From NCBI GenBank assembly GCA_012031785.1, contig JAAUTG010000001.1:1896-65895 (forward strand): 64,000 bases of DNA. The letters are read 5' to 3'. Shown here piece by piece: positions 27,897-39,900 of the stretch; the first letter of the stretch is position 1; every line of letters begins with the position of its first letter. The notes beneath the pieces are model-generated. The model saw nothing but the letters and a program-made list of their open reading frames with translations, had not been told where the DNA came from and did no database searches. The position numbers and the translations under genes are program-made. This DNA is from Saprospiraceae bacterium (lineage in GTDB: Bacteria > Bacteroidota > Bacteroidia > Chitinophagales > Saprospiraceae).

Positions 27897-30489
27897 TCAC
27901 ATCCTCACACCAATAAACTGCCTTGGATGTGAGTAAATACAACCCCAATTCTGCACCAGTACCCAACAGGTATTGAGAAAATGGATCAAATACAAAATCA
28001 CGTATGATCTCCTCTGGATCACTATCAAACTCTGATCCGAACACAACTGGCGACCAGCTTGGACTATACGCCGAAAAATTATCAGTCCTAGCCAATACGT
28101 CGCCATTGTGGGCGAATGCCGTGCCACTCCCTTTCGATGGTTGTTGAGGATCATGGATTGTCCCCGCAGCACCATCGCCAGGGTCTATTTCATATCCGAC
28201 GCTATCCCAACTGAACCCAGGTAAGGAAAAGTCGAATGGCGGAATATCGAAGGATGGCAAAATCAACGGCGGTAATGTTGGGAAATTTAGACCAGAAATA
28301 TCCCAAGCATCAGAGGATGACCTAGCACTACCCAAATACCCAAGTCCACCAACCTCAATCATAACTGGTGTCGGAACGCCGATATGCCACTGCTGTATTG
28401 TTAATTGACTAGCAGATGGTATGACGTAAAAATCCATCAATCCACTGAATAAGGAAAATGGCGACCAGGTTATACCGTCAGTAGACCTAAAAAATAGGAC
28501 TTTGTTATAACGAATTTGAACACGCAAGTAAATCCACGTTCCAATCGGGATGTCCTCTTCATCTGCTGGATGGATGAAGACCTCACCACCAACAACTTGA
28601 ATGACTTCCCAGCGTTTATGGGTTTCAGTCATGATGTACCGAATCGCCCAGTAGTTATCCTTGTCGTAGAGCTTGAATACTAATCCAAAGTACTCATCCG
28701 CTACTGGACTTGGCGTAGGGGATGCAGATGCTAATTCAGCAGAATAATTCGCAACATCTGCCCAACTAGCCCCACTGTCTATATTGTCCCAATCTCCGCG
28801 TTGATCGGTTGATCCCGACCATATGAACACGGTAAATCCACTTTCATTGGTTCGCCACTCACCTTGGGTGTAGCTACCCTGTGGCGGGGTGAATGCGTCA
28901 ATATTTTCACCAGTGTCATCGCTAATTTTCATAGCCGCTTGAATAAAACCATTCCAGACACGGGTTTTGTAGGTACTGATCGCGCTGGCTGGATGCTCAT
29001 TTGATAGCAGGATCAATTGATTGGATTTTGTTGTCCATGAACCTTCGTTTGTTTTGGTATGGCGTAATCCACCATAGCCCGTGAGTTCGTCATCCTCAAA
29101 GTCATCTGACCCAATTACACCTAATTCCCACTCAGCCACTTCGTAGGCTGGACGGCGATCCGTCATCCATGATAATTTATCACGATATGACAGCCTGAAT
29201 TCCTTCACGGGAACGGTATCTGACTGATTTAGTTGATCCACTTCATCAGTACCAACCAAGACGCGAATTGGAGTTCCGTTGATGACATAGCCTAAATAAT
29301 GCTTCAGCAGGTAAACACCTGGCTCTGAAAACATTGTCTCAAGTTGGAACTTCGATAATTCATTAGCGGGAGAAACTGACCCGCTAGCAGTATTGCCAAA
29401 ATTTCGGCTATATCTAGCAATATAATGACTAATGTCCTGGATGAGCGAATCTGCCGTATTGCCGAAATAATCGGTTGATAACCCCCGATAAGTATTCCTA
29501 GAACTGATGAGGTAGATATAATCTCCTTTTGCGCCCACGAAGCACCCAGCCGTGAAAAAGTCTGTTGGGACGTGGATTGGTTGTTCCCAGTGGATACCGT
29601 CGGCGGACTTATATATCTGTACAGATCGAACATAGTGTGACTTGCTGCCATCAACACCATAAGCCGTCGCGTACAACACCCCATTGATTTTGCTCAGGTT
29701 TAGATAGTAACGACCTATCCAGATGTTGTTCTCATCAAAGCGTTCAATGTTATAGTGATCGGAAATAGTTGTTCCTTTCACCGTGAAACAAATTAGACCA
29801 CCTGCTTGGTAATGGATGAGTTTGATTTTTGTATCTTCAGTTGCCAGCGACACCGTTGATGGCAATGGGGTTGTCATAATTAAGCTATCGTATTCGCCCA
29901 TATCGGCTGCGCCAAAGCCGTTTATAGGATGACTCCAGAATACCTCCAAGCTAGTTGTCAATCCGCCATTGACAACAGAAATGCGGCTATTGTTGCTGTT
30001 CAGATTGGTCTTATCTATGACGTAGGCGCGGTCACTTGATACCGCAGAAACACGATAGGTACTTGCGTGCAAAACAGATGATAAAACTGTTGGCGTTGTT
30101 AATAGAGAACTGACGATTTCATATCGAACTAACTGGCAATCATAGCCCGTACCGACTTTGTTAAATAAAAACAGGTACAGCTTTTCTGCGTTGTCATCAT
30201 AAAAAAAGTCTGGCGGGCAGTCTGTGATTTCGGCATAAGTGTCTACAACGTCCCATGTACCATCAGATTCGTCCATTTTATACAGATCGCCATGATGGGC
30301 GCGAAATATACCAATCGGGGATACCGACACCCCAAATGGTGCATCTGGAGTGTCAGCCACTTCTTCTGAAAGTGGTTCAAATTCAGGATTATACTTCATT
30401 GCCAATAGCTGGTAGGTTGGCTTAAATCGCGCCGCCACTAAGAGGTTGTATTGCTCTTCAGTTAATCCAGAAATATCCCAAGTTATCAT
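27862..30489 (-). CDS. large tail-tip protein with Asp-box (BNR) motifs
   Basis: SADGIHWEQ and STDGITWSPF match SxDxGxxW. Tal-like position, two genes after the tape-measure slot. Confidence 0.5.
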   Translation of the reverse strand: MITWDISGLTEEQYNLLVAARFKPTYQLLAMKYNPEFEPLSEEVADTPDAPFGVSVSPIGIFRAHHGDLYKMDESDGTWDVVDTYAEITDCPPDFFYDDNAEKLYLFLFNKVGTGYDCQLVRYEIVSSLLTTPTVLSSVLHASTYRVSAVSSDRAYVIDKTNLNSNNSRISVVNGGLTTSLEVFWSHPINGFGAADMGEYDSLIMTTPLPSTVSLATEDTKIKLIHYQAGGLICFTVKGTTISDHYNIERFDENNIWIGRYYLNLSKINGVLYATAYGVDGSKSHYVRSVQIYKSADGIHWEQPIHVPTDFFTAGCFVGAKGDYIYLISSRNTYRGLSTDYFGNTADSLIQDISHYIARYSRNFGNTASGSVSPANELSKFQLETMFSEPGVYLLKHYLGYVINGTPIRVLVGTDEVDQLNQSDTVPVKEFRLSYRDKLSWMTDRRPAYEVAEWELGVIGSDDFEDDELTGYGGLRHTKTNEGSWTTKSNQLILLSNEHPASAISTYKTRVWNGFIQAAMKISDDTGENIDAFTPPQGSYTQGEWRTNESGFTVFIWSGSTDQRGDWDNIDSGASWADVANYSAELASASPTPSPVADEYFGLVFKLYDKDNYWAIRYIMTETHKRWEVIQVVGGEVFIHPADEEDIPIGTWIYLRVQIRYNKVLFFRSTDGITWSPFSLFSGLMDFYVIPSASQLTIQQWHIGVPTPVMIEVGGLGYLGSARSSSDAWDISGLNFPTLPPLILPSFDIPPFDFSLPGFSWDSVGYEIDPGDGAAGTIHDPQQPSKGSGTAFAHNGDVLARTDNFSAYSPSWSPVVFGSEFDSDPEEIIRDFVFDPFSQYLLGTGAELGLYLLTSKAVYWCEDVNATPRTWDFFI

Positions 30490-32456
30490 TCAGACACCTT
30501 TAAGATTGACGGGTGAACATTTGGAACACCGTTATAAACCGTGCCACGATATAACGTTTGATGGTATTCGCGTGCATATTCCCAGACGGCGCGACTAATG
30601 GTGTAATTTGGTGGAGAGCCAGCCACCATTGAAACTAATCCCCAATGCGTTATATCATCTGGCGCGTATGAGATACTTGCCGCGCCTGCAAATTCCCGCC
30701 AGTTAATCCCATCCAATGAAAAGTGTGGGAAAATTCCCAATTGAGGAACTTCGCCTGACAGGTATTTTGAAACATGCAGCCGAATATAAACAGATGACAC
30801 TAGCCCGCCACTCATCGCCACATTAATCAATGGGGAAACAGATTTGGTCGTCCAGTTTGTATAATGCTCCCCGAACAACTGAGATATACCCGTACTGCGG
30901 ATTATTCGCAGTCCGAATGCAAAAAACACGTTCCCAGATGCGGACTGATTGCCACCAATCCAAATACCAGCAGCAGGATCAGTCGTATATGGAAACTGGG
31001 AAGGAATTGAGATTTTTGTTTCTAGGTAGGAAAAGCTACTATCTGGATCAAGGTCTAACGGGCTGAAAGCAAGCGGTCTTTGCAAAGCGCGTATTCCAAT
31101 CGCCTCTGCAAATCCTTCTACAAATGTCGCACCAGCAGCGTCAGCAATCGTTATTTCAGGAATAGCATTGGTGTAGTGCTTTGCGTGGAATGCCTCAGTC
31201 GTGGTTACACCCACCTCTGTCCACCCGCTCATATCATCGTCAAAACGATCTAAGTAATCATCACTGTCAGATGCTTCGATTAAGGAGTGGATCAGGCTAG
31301 TTTGGGATGTCCCAAATGGAGAAGCCTCTAGTGACGTTAGTCTTCCACCGATATTATCCAGGGCATCTTGAACCGTTGGTTCATGTGGGCTAAATGCGCC
31401 ATTATCTCCATATTGAACATTCTCAGCCGACGGGATTGCCGCACCCTCCACTACGGTCAACCTGGCGACCAAAAAATCAATAGCCTCTTTAACTGATGAC
31501 GGAACATTTCCGTTCCATTCAGCTTCATTTGCTACGGTTAGGGTTACTGTTGAGGCATCCACTGTACCTGCTATAACATCGCCGATCATTTCGGCTAGCA
31601 TGTCCAACGCGATCTTTACCGTTGTCGGGCTTCCCGACCAGTCCCCAGGGGTCGTGGGAGAAAAGGTAATAGCGTCTGAGGCATGTGAGTGAGACGTTGC
31701 AGCCGCACCAATATCGGCAAGTGTGGCATTTTTCCAAACACCGCCAATATATGAGAGGACATTTTGCGCGGTGGGTGTCGTGATAGTCGCATCGCTCAAA
31801 TCGTTGAGTGCGATAATCGGTGAACCCGCGTTATACCACCGTTGGGTTACGGCGTTGTAGATCAATACATTGCCATCAGACAATGTTCCCAATTCAACAT
31901 CTGTTAAAGTCGCTAGGCTTGCCACTGACGATCCTCCTGTCGGTATTCCCGTTGGGTTTAATGGGTTTGATCCCGTAAATCTTGCTGTGCCAAATTGGGT
32001 GTAATCAAGCAACTCAATCTGGCATTTGAATGCGCTATATGTGATGCCTTCAATTGGCTCAATTTTACCAACTGAAGATAGAACCATTGTTCGGACGAAG
32101 GTCGTATGATCCTCATCGTCGTTTGGATGCACCTGCGGCACAAAATACACCACATGATTTAGCATTTGATAAATTTGATGATATTGTTCCAGTGCGCTAT
32201 ATCCAGGGACTGGATTACCGCTACTATCTACGATACTACGAAATGATAATGAGATAATCCAGTTTTCGTAAACAACTGGGTTTCCATCCTCATCGGTTAG
32301 TGTGTGTACATGCGGAGTGCCATCCAGCGCACGCCGAAACTCCGACGAACCCTGGGCAACAGGTGTCATATCATATGTTTTTAAGCGCAAGTTCGGCGCA
32401 TACGACGGTGCGCCAGATAATTGCCACCCTAGATGGATATGATTTTGGAAAGGCAT
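30486..32456 (-). CDS. distal-tail-protein-position gene with one Asp-box motif
   Basis: 656 codons. SLDGINWREF motif. The Dit-like assignment comes from gene order only. Confidence 0.4.
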   Translation of the reverse strand: MPFQNHIHLGWQLSGAPSYAPNLRLKTYDMTPVAQGSSEFRRALDGTPHVHTLTDEDGNPVVYENWIISLSFRSIVDSSGNPVPGYSALEQYHQIYQMLNHVVYFVPQVHPNDDEDHTTFVRTMVLSSVGKIEPIEGITYSAFKCQIELLDYTQFGTARFTGSNPLNPTGIPTGGSSVASLATLTDVELGTLSDGNVLIYNAVTQRWYNAGSPIIALNDLSDATITTPTAQNVLSYIGGVWKNATLADIGAAATSHSHASDAITFSPTTPGDWSGSPTTVKIALDMLAEMIGDVIAGTVDASTVTLTVANEAEWNGNVPSSVKEAIDFLVARLTVVEGAAIPSAENVQYGDNGAFSPHEPTVQDALDNIGGRLTSLEASPFGTSQTSLIHSLIEASDSDDYLDRFDDDMSGWTEVGVTTTEAFHAKHYTNAIPEITIADAAGATFVEGFAEAIGIRALQRPLAFSPLDLDPDSSFSYLETKISIPSQFPYTTDPAAGIWIGGNQSASGNVFFAFGLRIIRSTGISQLFGEHYTNWTTKSVSPLINVAMSGGLVSSVYIRLHVSKYLSGEVPQLGIFPHFSLDGINWREFAGAASISYAPDDITHWGLVSMVAGSPPNYTISRAVWEYAREYHQTLYRGTVYNGVPNVHPSILKVSE

Positions 32457-33934
32457 TATTGGTATCCTCTATATGCGTTGTCTAGCAACATTTTACCATA
32501 AGGGTCTTCGGCTTGGGTTATCGCATTAAACGTTTGCTGCGAAACAGGCTTATTGGCAATGCGATCCAGCAATTCGATCATCTTATCCAGGCGTTTCAGC
32601 ATCTCAGGATCGCTGCCGCGCAAAACCAATGCTCCATCATGAGGAACGACAAATTCACCACGATGCACAATGCCAGCAGGTTCGGATTTCAAGCCGTGTC
32701 CCGTAAAACCACCGCTTTCAAATCCTAACAATTGGCTTGTGGTTGGTTTCTCCCATGCAAACAAGTTACGATCACCGACCTCACCACCACCATATTTCTG
32801 GAAGGAGACGCGACCAAGCGTGGCGGGTTGGCTAGCCACTGTTTGACTATCACGAATTGCGTTCTGAAGTTGCGTGTTGTAGTTCGCTGCTACATTTGAA
32901 TACGCCTTGGCTAGCGAATTGTTGTAATTGACGGTGTTCGCGTTTATCGTGGCGTTCATTCCATTGATTGCAGAGTTCATTTGGTTCTGCATTTCGTTGA
33001 CCATCGCTTGTTGGCTATTAGAAACTGCACCCAACTGAGCATTGAAATTTGCCACCATTGAACCAAATGCGTTATTCGCAGATTGAGCCATGTTGTTAAG
33101 CATCTCAGGCAATACCTGACCAAAGAAGACTTGCATATCAGCTTGCCGCCGCATTGTTTCTTGGCTGATTTGGAATTCACGCTGCCAGATTTGTTCAGCA
33201 ATAATCATTTGCTGCTGCTGGCGCATCAGTGTTGCTTCATTGATCTGCATACTGATGTCCTGCTGCAAGCGTGTCATTTCACGCTCACGCATTTGCCATT
33301 CTAGCCGCTCTTGGAACATCTGCCGATCAAATTGCATACGCTCCTGTTGCATTTGCTTATCTTCTTCAAAGTAGCGTTTATTTAGCTCAACACGCTCATC
33401 TTCCCACCCTTTTTGCTCTTGAATACGATCACGTGAGGCTTCAGAGCCTTCGCGCCGTAGATTTTCTGACACGACTGCGCGGTCACGATTACGCAACATG
33501 ATCCGACGATCACGTCCACGCGCAAATCGTAGGTTTTCATCATAATCTTCCATACTCCAGCCGAATTGAAGCTGCGCCCCAGTTTCGGAACGTGTCCAGT
33601 CCTCCATCTGCCACTGGAAACGCTTCTCACGTTGGTAATCGCCGATACGAAATTCGGTCTCTTGGCGGGCATATGACATTTGGGCTTGTTTTTCTTGTTG
33701 CCCAAACCCAAATTCTTGTTGTCGAATTTGCATATTTAGCATCGCGTCTTCGATAGCACGTGATCCAATCACACTTTGTTGTTGCCCTGTGATTGGGTTA
33801 GCAAACGAACCCCCGTAGGTAAATGCTTTCTGCATCCCAAGTTGGGATATTTGAAGCCCCATTTGCCATTCTTGCATCCCGTATTGTTGTTGATGAGCAA
33901 ATTGGGTTAATTGGGTTTTCCCCATGCCCTTCAT
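32456..33934 (-). CDS. Gln/Met/Arg-rich coiled-coil protein with tape-measure-type C-terminal motif
   Basis: ESGGFTGHGLKSEPAGIVHRGEFVVP resembles the GGxTGxG...AGxVHxGExV motif I recall from tape measure C-termini. ATGA coupling links it to the giant gene. Confidence 0.45.
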   Translation of the reverse strand: MKGMGKTQLTQFAHQQQYGMQEWQMGLQISQLGMQKAFTYGGSFANPITGQQQSVIGSRAIEDAMLNMQIRQQEFGFGQQEKQAQMSYARQETEFRIGDYQREKRFQWQMEDWTRSETGAQLQFGWSMEDYDENLRFARGRDRRIMLRNRDRAVVSENLRREGSEASRDRIQEQKGWEDERVELNKRYFEEDKQMQQERMQFDRQMFQERLEWQMREREMTRLQQDISMQINEATLMRQQQQMIIAEQIWQREFQISQETMRRQADMQVFFGQVLPEMLNNMAQSANNAFGSMVANFNAQLGAVSNSQQAMVNEMQNQMNSAINGMNATINANTVNYNNSLAKAYSNVAANYNTQLQNAIRDSQTVASQPATLGRVSFQKYGGGEVGDRNLFAWEKPTTSQLLGFESGGFTGHGLKSEPAGIVHRGEFVVPHDGALVLRGSDPEMLKRLDKMIELLDRIANKPVSQQTFNAITQAEDPYGKMLLDNAYRGYQ

Positions 33935-36900
33935 CGGATCGGATGGGTCGTAGATAACATCAGACTTGAGGTCTTCGAAGCTGATAATCCAGTCCGATAA
34001 TCCATTGTCGGGGCTAATTTACGTCCAGATGGCATCCTGATGTTATCAAGGGAAAGTCCAAGACTATCTAAACCTTCCAGCCCCCCCTGAAAAGCGCGGG
34101 AGAACATCATCTGGTCGCCACCAAGGAAGCGTTGGAGTTGAACCATCCCCAACTGGCTCATATCTGCATTCCCAAAACCAAATGCCAATGCACCAGTTCC
34201 CTCAACGCCCATTCCCATAAGCGTGCTAGACAGGGATGATATACGGGATTGCTGAAATGGTGTGTAGCCAGCGTCTGTTACCATTTGACCAAACGCTAGC
34301 GATTGCTGACTACTCAGCCCCATGTTAAACCCAAGGTTCGACATATTGGCAAAGGATTGCATTTGAAGTGGACTACTATACTGTTTTGCCATGCCGCCCG
34401 CAAATGCCATAGCTTCCTGACCACCCATACCCATGCCATACGCAAGGTTAGCAAATGTGCTGACAGCCTGGGCTTGCGGTTGAGATGTCAGTCCTTGGTT
34501 GACCAGCATACCGCCAACTGCCATCGCGTCAGATGCGTCTACACCCATCCCAAAGGCAGTGTTGGCAAATCCACTTGCTAGACCAACATCGCGTTGGTTT
34601 ACAATACCCCTGCGGGTTAGGTTTTCGGCTATCTGAAGCGACGTTTGACCATCCAAGCCCATTTCATAAGCGGTGGTCGAAAAAGCTCTGTATGCCCGCG
34701 AATACTGTTCCCCGCGTTGCGATTTGCGGGCTGCGGCAGCCATATCGCGTTCTGTTGGTTCAATGGCTAGCTGCTCATACAGTCCCATATAATTTGATGC
34801 GCGTTCAAATCTCAGGGGATCGTCAACTAGATCATCAAACGCGGTCATACCGCGCCCACCATACCCTAAGCCGTACCGTTCAGTCATGGCGGTGACAGAT
34901 GCAGCCCGTTGCGCTTGCTGATCGGTCATGTTAAACATGCGATCTCTGGCTTGGTTCATCGTCGCCATTTCTTCCGCAGAGCCGCTACCTGTCCAGTAAT
35001 AGCGACTAGCGTCCAAAATAGAGCCAGTTCCCATCTGCAATTGACGACCAAATAAGCCTCCAACCATTCCTGATCGGCTGCCAAGTAAGTCTGAAAACGA
35101 CTGTGATTGCGTATTTAATTGAAGGCTCTGCGTTAACTGTAAGGCAGCTTGTGATTGAGCCTCATTTAGATTTGTGAAACTGGTTGGGATGTCCAGTGCG
35201 GAGAAATTATAGCCCATCCCAGCACCGATGCCAGCCGCTTGCACGGCAAATTCTCCTTGGACACCACTTAATCCAGCAACTTGTCTAAATAGTCGGTCAT
35301 TGGTGTTACCATACCGCATTTCAAGCTGAGATAAAGATCGCAAGTTATTAGCCTGAGCCTCACTGACACTTAACCCCATCTGCGTAGTTGCATCCAGGAG
35401 CGGTTGCATACCCTGGCTATCTATCCCTTGGGCATAGTATATAGATGAACGGTTCGCAACAACTTCGGTCATTAAATCTTGAATACTTTCAGGCTTGCCA
35501 GACAGCGCAGACATCACACCGACGCTACTTGAAAGATCAAGCGCAGAGCGGGAGGTGATGTTCATCCCTTGGTTAACTACTCTTCCAGCTTGGCGGATAG
35601 CACTATCAGAAACATAATCGCCAAATGCGTGAGGAAGCAGGTTGTCAATAATCTCCTTCACCTTATCTGGATCATCAATGAATTGGCGCAGGTTGCTACC
35701 AATACCCGCCATACGCTGGTAATTAGACACTTCCTGAGTAATTGAAGGAGCTAATTTATCAAAAGCAGACGAACCTATATATGGACTTAAGCGATCAATT
35801 TCCATGATCTCAATACCCATTGCCTCACGGGTATTACCACCTGCGTAAAGGCTACTCATTGCTCCTTGGTAGTTTGCGATACCCTCTTTACCAAGCCCTG
35901 TTCTTTCGCCGATTAAAGTTGCATTTCTTGCATAGTTTACATAGGATGACGATTCCTGCCTTGGTGCAGCAAGGGTTGTTCGTAAGCGATTGCGATACTC
36001 ACCAATCTCAACCGTTGATACATCGTTTTGCTCAGCAAATTCAATATCATCATCTAGCAAGTGATATTTACGCTCATACTCTTCACGGACGCGATCCTTA
36101 ACGCCTTGAGAACGAACACCGGTCAATTCAAAATCAGTCCCAAGAAAGCGGTTCGATGCGGCTAATCCAATATCGGTTGCCATCCAACTCAAATTTCCGC
36201 TTTGCGTAAAAGCCTCTTCAATCATTTCCATTTCTGACAGACCACCAAATTCGGATGCGCCAGAAAGTTGATTATAGACCAAATTACCTGCGGACAAACC
36301 CGCGCTACCAGCAGCCGCCACCATAGAGGCTTGACCAAATGTCTTGCCAGCACCCAAAAATCCTGACTGTGACAACATTTGCGAACCCATCAAGCCCATG
36401 CCAAATATCGCAGTAGAACGTTTCGCGCCTTCAACAATACGTCCTGCATCAGCACTGCCTAACAAATCAGACATACCTTGCATGATAGGCAAGTACATTT
36501 CAGCAGCCGCCCGCGCCTGAAACATTTCAGCCCGTTCAGCCGCAAACCGTTGCTTGCGAATATCGCCACGTTCACCAATGCCAAGCATGGCGTAAATATC
36601 TTCTGTACCCTCAAATTCACGGATAGACTTAAGGCTTTCCCCGACTGTTTGTTGGTACAGGTGGCGGGCGGCTGATCCCGCATAATACGCACCGACAACG
36701 CCCCTAAATGCACGTTCCCCGAAGGGGCTTTCTTGTGTTAATTGCCCCAAATCCATTCGGATGTCAGCGTCCGCCAAAGCTGCTTGATATGGAGCAATTG
36801 CCCCAGCCACACCACGAACCGATTTGCCGTCCGCATTCATCTCACGCCCGTATAGCGTGTACCAATCCTTGAAATCCCGTGATTTCGCTAGGTCTTCAGG

Positions 36901-39900
36901 CGTTGCTTCAGCCGCCGATTTCCCTGTGAAAAGCTGAATAGCTTCATCTTTAGTGAGTTGGGAAACAGACTTTCCACCAAACATATCTTCACGCTGACGC
37001 GCAGTCTTTTCGTCCATCTGGGCAGTCACAGCCTGGACAGTTTCAGATAGATCAATCAGCTTCGTGACCATCTTGTGTTGCTCACGGGTCAGCTTAGTGG
37101 CTTCTGGTAGCTTTGCAATGAGCTCTTTGAATTCAGCGTTCAATTCCTTCAGCCCAGTCGCAGCAGGGAGTAGGTCTAATCCACCAGCACCTAACCCCAT
37201 AGCGGCTGCGTTTTGATTAAGGACACCCTCCGCCCCAACGCCACCCATAGCCCGCAATCCTAGAGCCATTTTCTGGTTAAGGGTCATGGATTGCTTGACG
37301 GTCATCATTGATTTTGCATGGGCTGGTGTGGCAACGCGGTCAGGCAGTTCACGGGTTGCCAGATGCAGCGTCTCAGGCGTGTAACCCGCTTCTCTGTAAA
37401 ACTCACCCGAATACGCATTGAACGCAGCCGCTAACTGGTCAATGGATTCAATTTCATCATCAGAAAATACTGAGCCAGCGTCATGCCCTGGTAAGTATGG
37501 CAGCAGGACTTCCTTTGATTTGCTAAGGAACATCCGCTCTTCGGCATTTAGAGAACCTTGCTTCGCCCGTTTTCTGAGATTTCTAAAACGATCAGATGTG
37601 CTATCAAGAAACGATTGTGCTGCTTTTGCTTGTTTGGAGGTCTGAATATTACGACCTTCAGGCGAAGCATAGGCTTCGATGTCCGTTGCTAATTCATAGG
37701 AACGTTTATCCATATCCCGATCCGCGTGGACATAGAAGGTTTTTTCTTCCTGAGCAACTGCCATCCCAGCTTGAACACCCTTGAATACAGCGTGGTAGAC
37801 TTCTCCAGCCGATGGACTTCTACCGCTACCCCTACCTGGACGCTCAGGCGGCTCAGGTGTCAAAGTTGTTTCATCGGGAGGCTCTGAAGGAGGCTCTGAA
37901 GGGGGCTCTAAGTAACGCTTTCCTTCTGTCGGATGCTTTAGTGGGCGACTTCTTTCACTACTAACGGGGCGTGAGACAATCTTTCCGCTTGCATCCCGAT
38001 CAAGGTATTGCCCTGCTTCGGTAGGAGGAATGCTGCTGTAGTCAATTGGCTCAAAACCCTCAATTGGAGTATTCCCCCGTTGCCATGCGGGAACAAAATC
38101 TTCAGGCATATTATAAGCGTGAGTACCCCGTTTCCATGCGGGGATAATATTATCGGGTATGTTATAATCTTGTGGCTTATCGTCAATTAGTTGGCTTAAT
38201 CCGACCATGCCGCCCAGGTTTAATGCCGCTTCTGGTTTGACTGGCGGGGAGGCTTCAATAATGCCATCTGGTCTAACAACCGCGCTTGGTCTTGGTGCAT
38301 TGGGTAACAGTATTTGTGGCTTAGCTGGCTGAGGCTCAACAGGTCTGAGTGTTACCAGATTTTCGGCTGGAAGAATGGGCGATGACGTACCTCCTAAATT
38401 GGCTAAAGATAACTCTCTGACAGGGGGAGATTGCTCAATTCCAACCGCCTCACCACCAGCTAGCCTTGAAATATCTAAGGTAGATTTAGTGGCTTGACTA
38501 GCTGCCCGTTGCTCTTGAATTTCTGCTGGCGTGGGTGTATATCCAACATCTGCCAGCTTTTGGTCAACGGCTATTTTGCTAATACCACCTTCTTCCCCAG
38601 CTTCAACACCACCTACGATGCCGACACGGGAAAGTAGCTGACGTGTCCCCTTGAAAAAGGAGCTAAACGCGCCAGAAATCTGCTGGGTCATAGAGGCAGA
38701 TGATCGTTCATCCACCGTCGGTGGGCGATCTAGGTACGCTACACGCATAACTTTGGCAACTTCACGCGCCATACGGGTTGCAGACTTCATAAATGGGTTG
38801 GCAGACGTTTCGATCCAATCAAACTTACTACTGCCCTCCCGCCGCATTTCAGCACGGGCATTTGCCGCACCCATAATGCCTGTGTACATAACACCGCCGC
38901 GTTCAGCATCCAAGTTGGCGTATTCCGCCGCATTGCGAACGCCCCTCATTCTGAATGAGCCAAACAGTTGTTGCATAGCGCGTCCGCGCACTGCCTCAGT
39001 CGTTTCACCCGACTGGGATGCGATAATATCCGCGTTGCGGATGTTCATTAACGCATCAGAGGTCGCTTGTACCTGGTTATACAACGCCCCGCCCTCAGCC
39101 ATGTAGCCGACATTGTTTTCAGCATCGGCATTGGATACCTCCGCCAATCTTTCCAGTGGAATAAGCTGGGCGGCAAATGATAGCGCAGATGTCCGTCGGT
39201 ACTCATCGTCGGAGGCTTCTCTAGCGGCTAGGTAATCCGCTTCTGTTTCGAAGTCACCACGTTGAGGCATTGCCGTAGTAGCTGCTGTTTCGATCATATT
39301 CTGAACAAAATCAGCATCGCTGGCAAACGTTTCATATTTCTTACTACCAGCACGTTCGCCCTCTTGGATGGTGGCATACTGGAGCGGGTTTTTGCTATCG
39401 CGCATTGGAATAGCAATGCGACCACCTTCGCGGAAGATAGCTTGCGTTGACATATCGTACATGCGTAAGAACCCTGGGTCGCCCAAAACTTCACGATCCA
39501 AGGATGATTGATACGCGCTTACTGCCTTATAAGAAGTCGCCTCTGATACGATATTTGATAAATGCGTGCCTGGTAAACCCTGCCCGCCATAAAGGTTTTT
39601 GGCAGCGACATTTTGAAGCTGTGCCATTGCCATGATCCGACGACCACGATGTTCGGCATTATACTGTTGACCAATTTGCGCGGCTGCCGCTTTCTCTTCT
39701 TCGGTATAAGCGGCGTAAAGCTGGTCATCCGTTTTATACCCTTTTTCTTGGGAATTTTTGGCAGTATCAGTTGCCATCCTGCTGGGTCTGCGCTCTGCTG
39801 CTTCCTCTACCTGCTTATACCATTCTGAAAACGGCATGTTCTTAGCAGCTTTAGCTAATTGACGGGGCGATATTCGTCGCACATTGCCGCCACGCCATTT

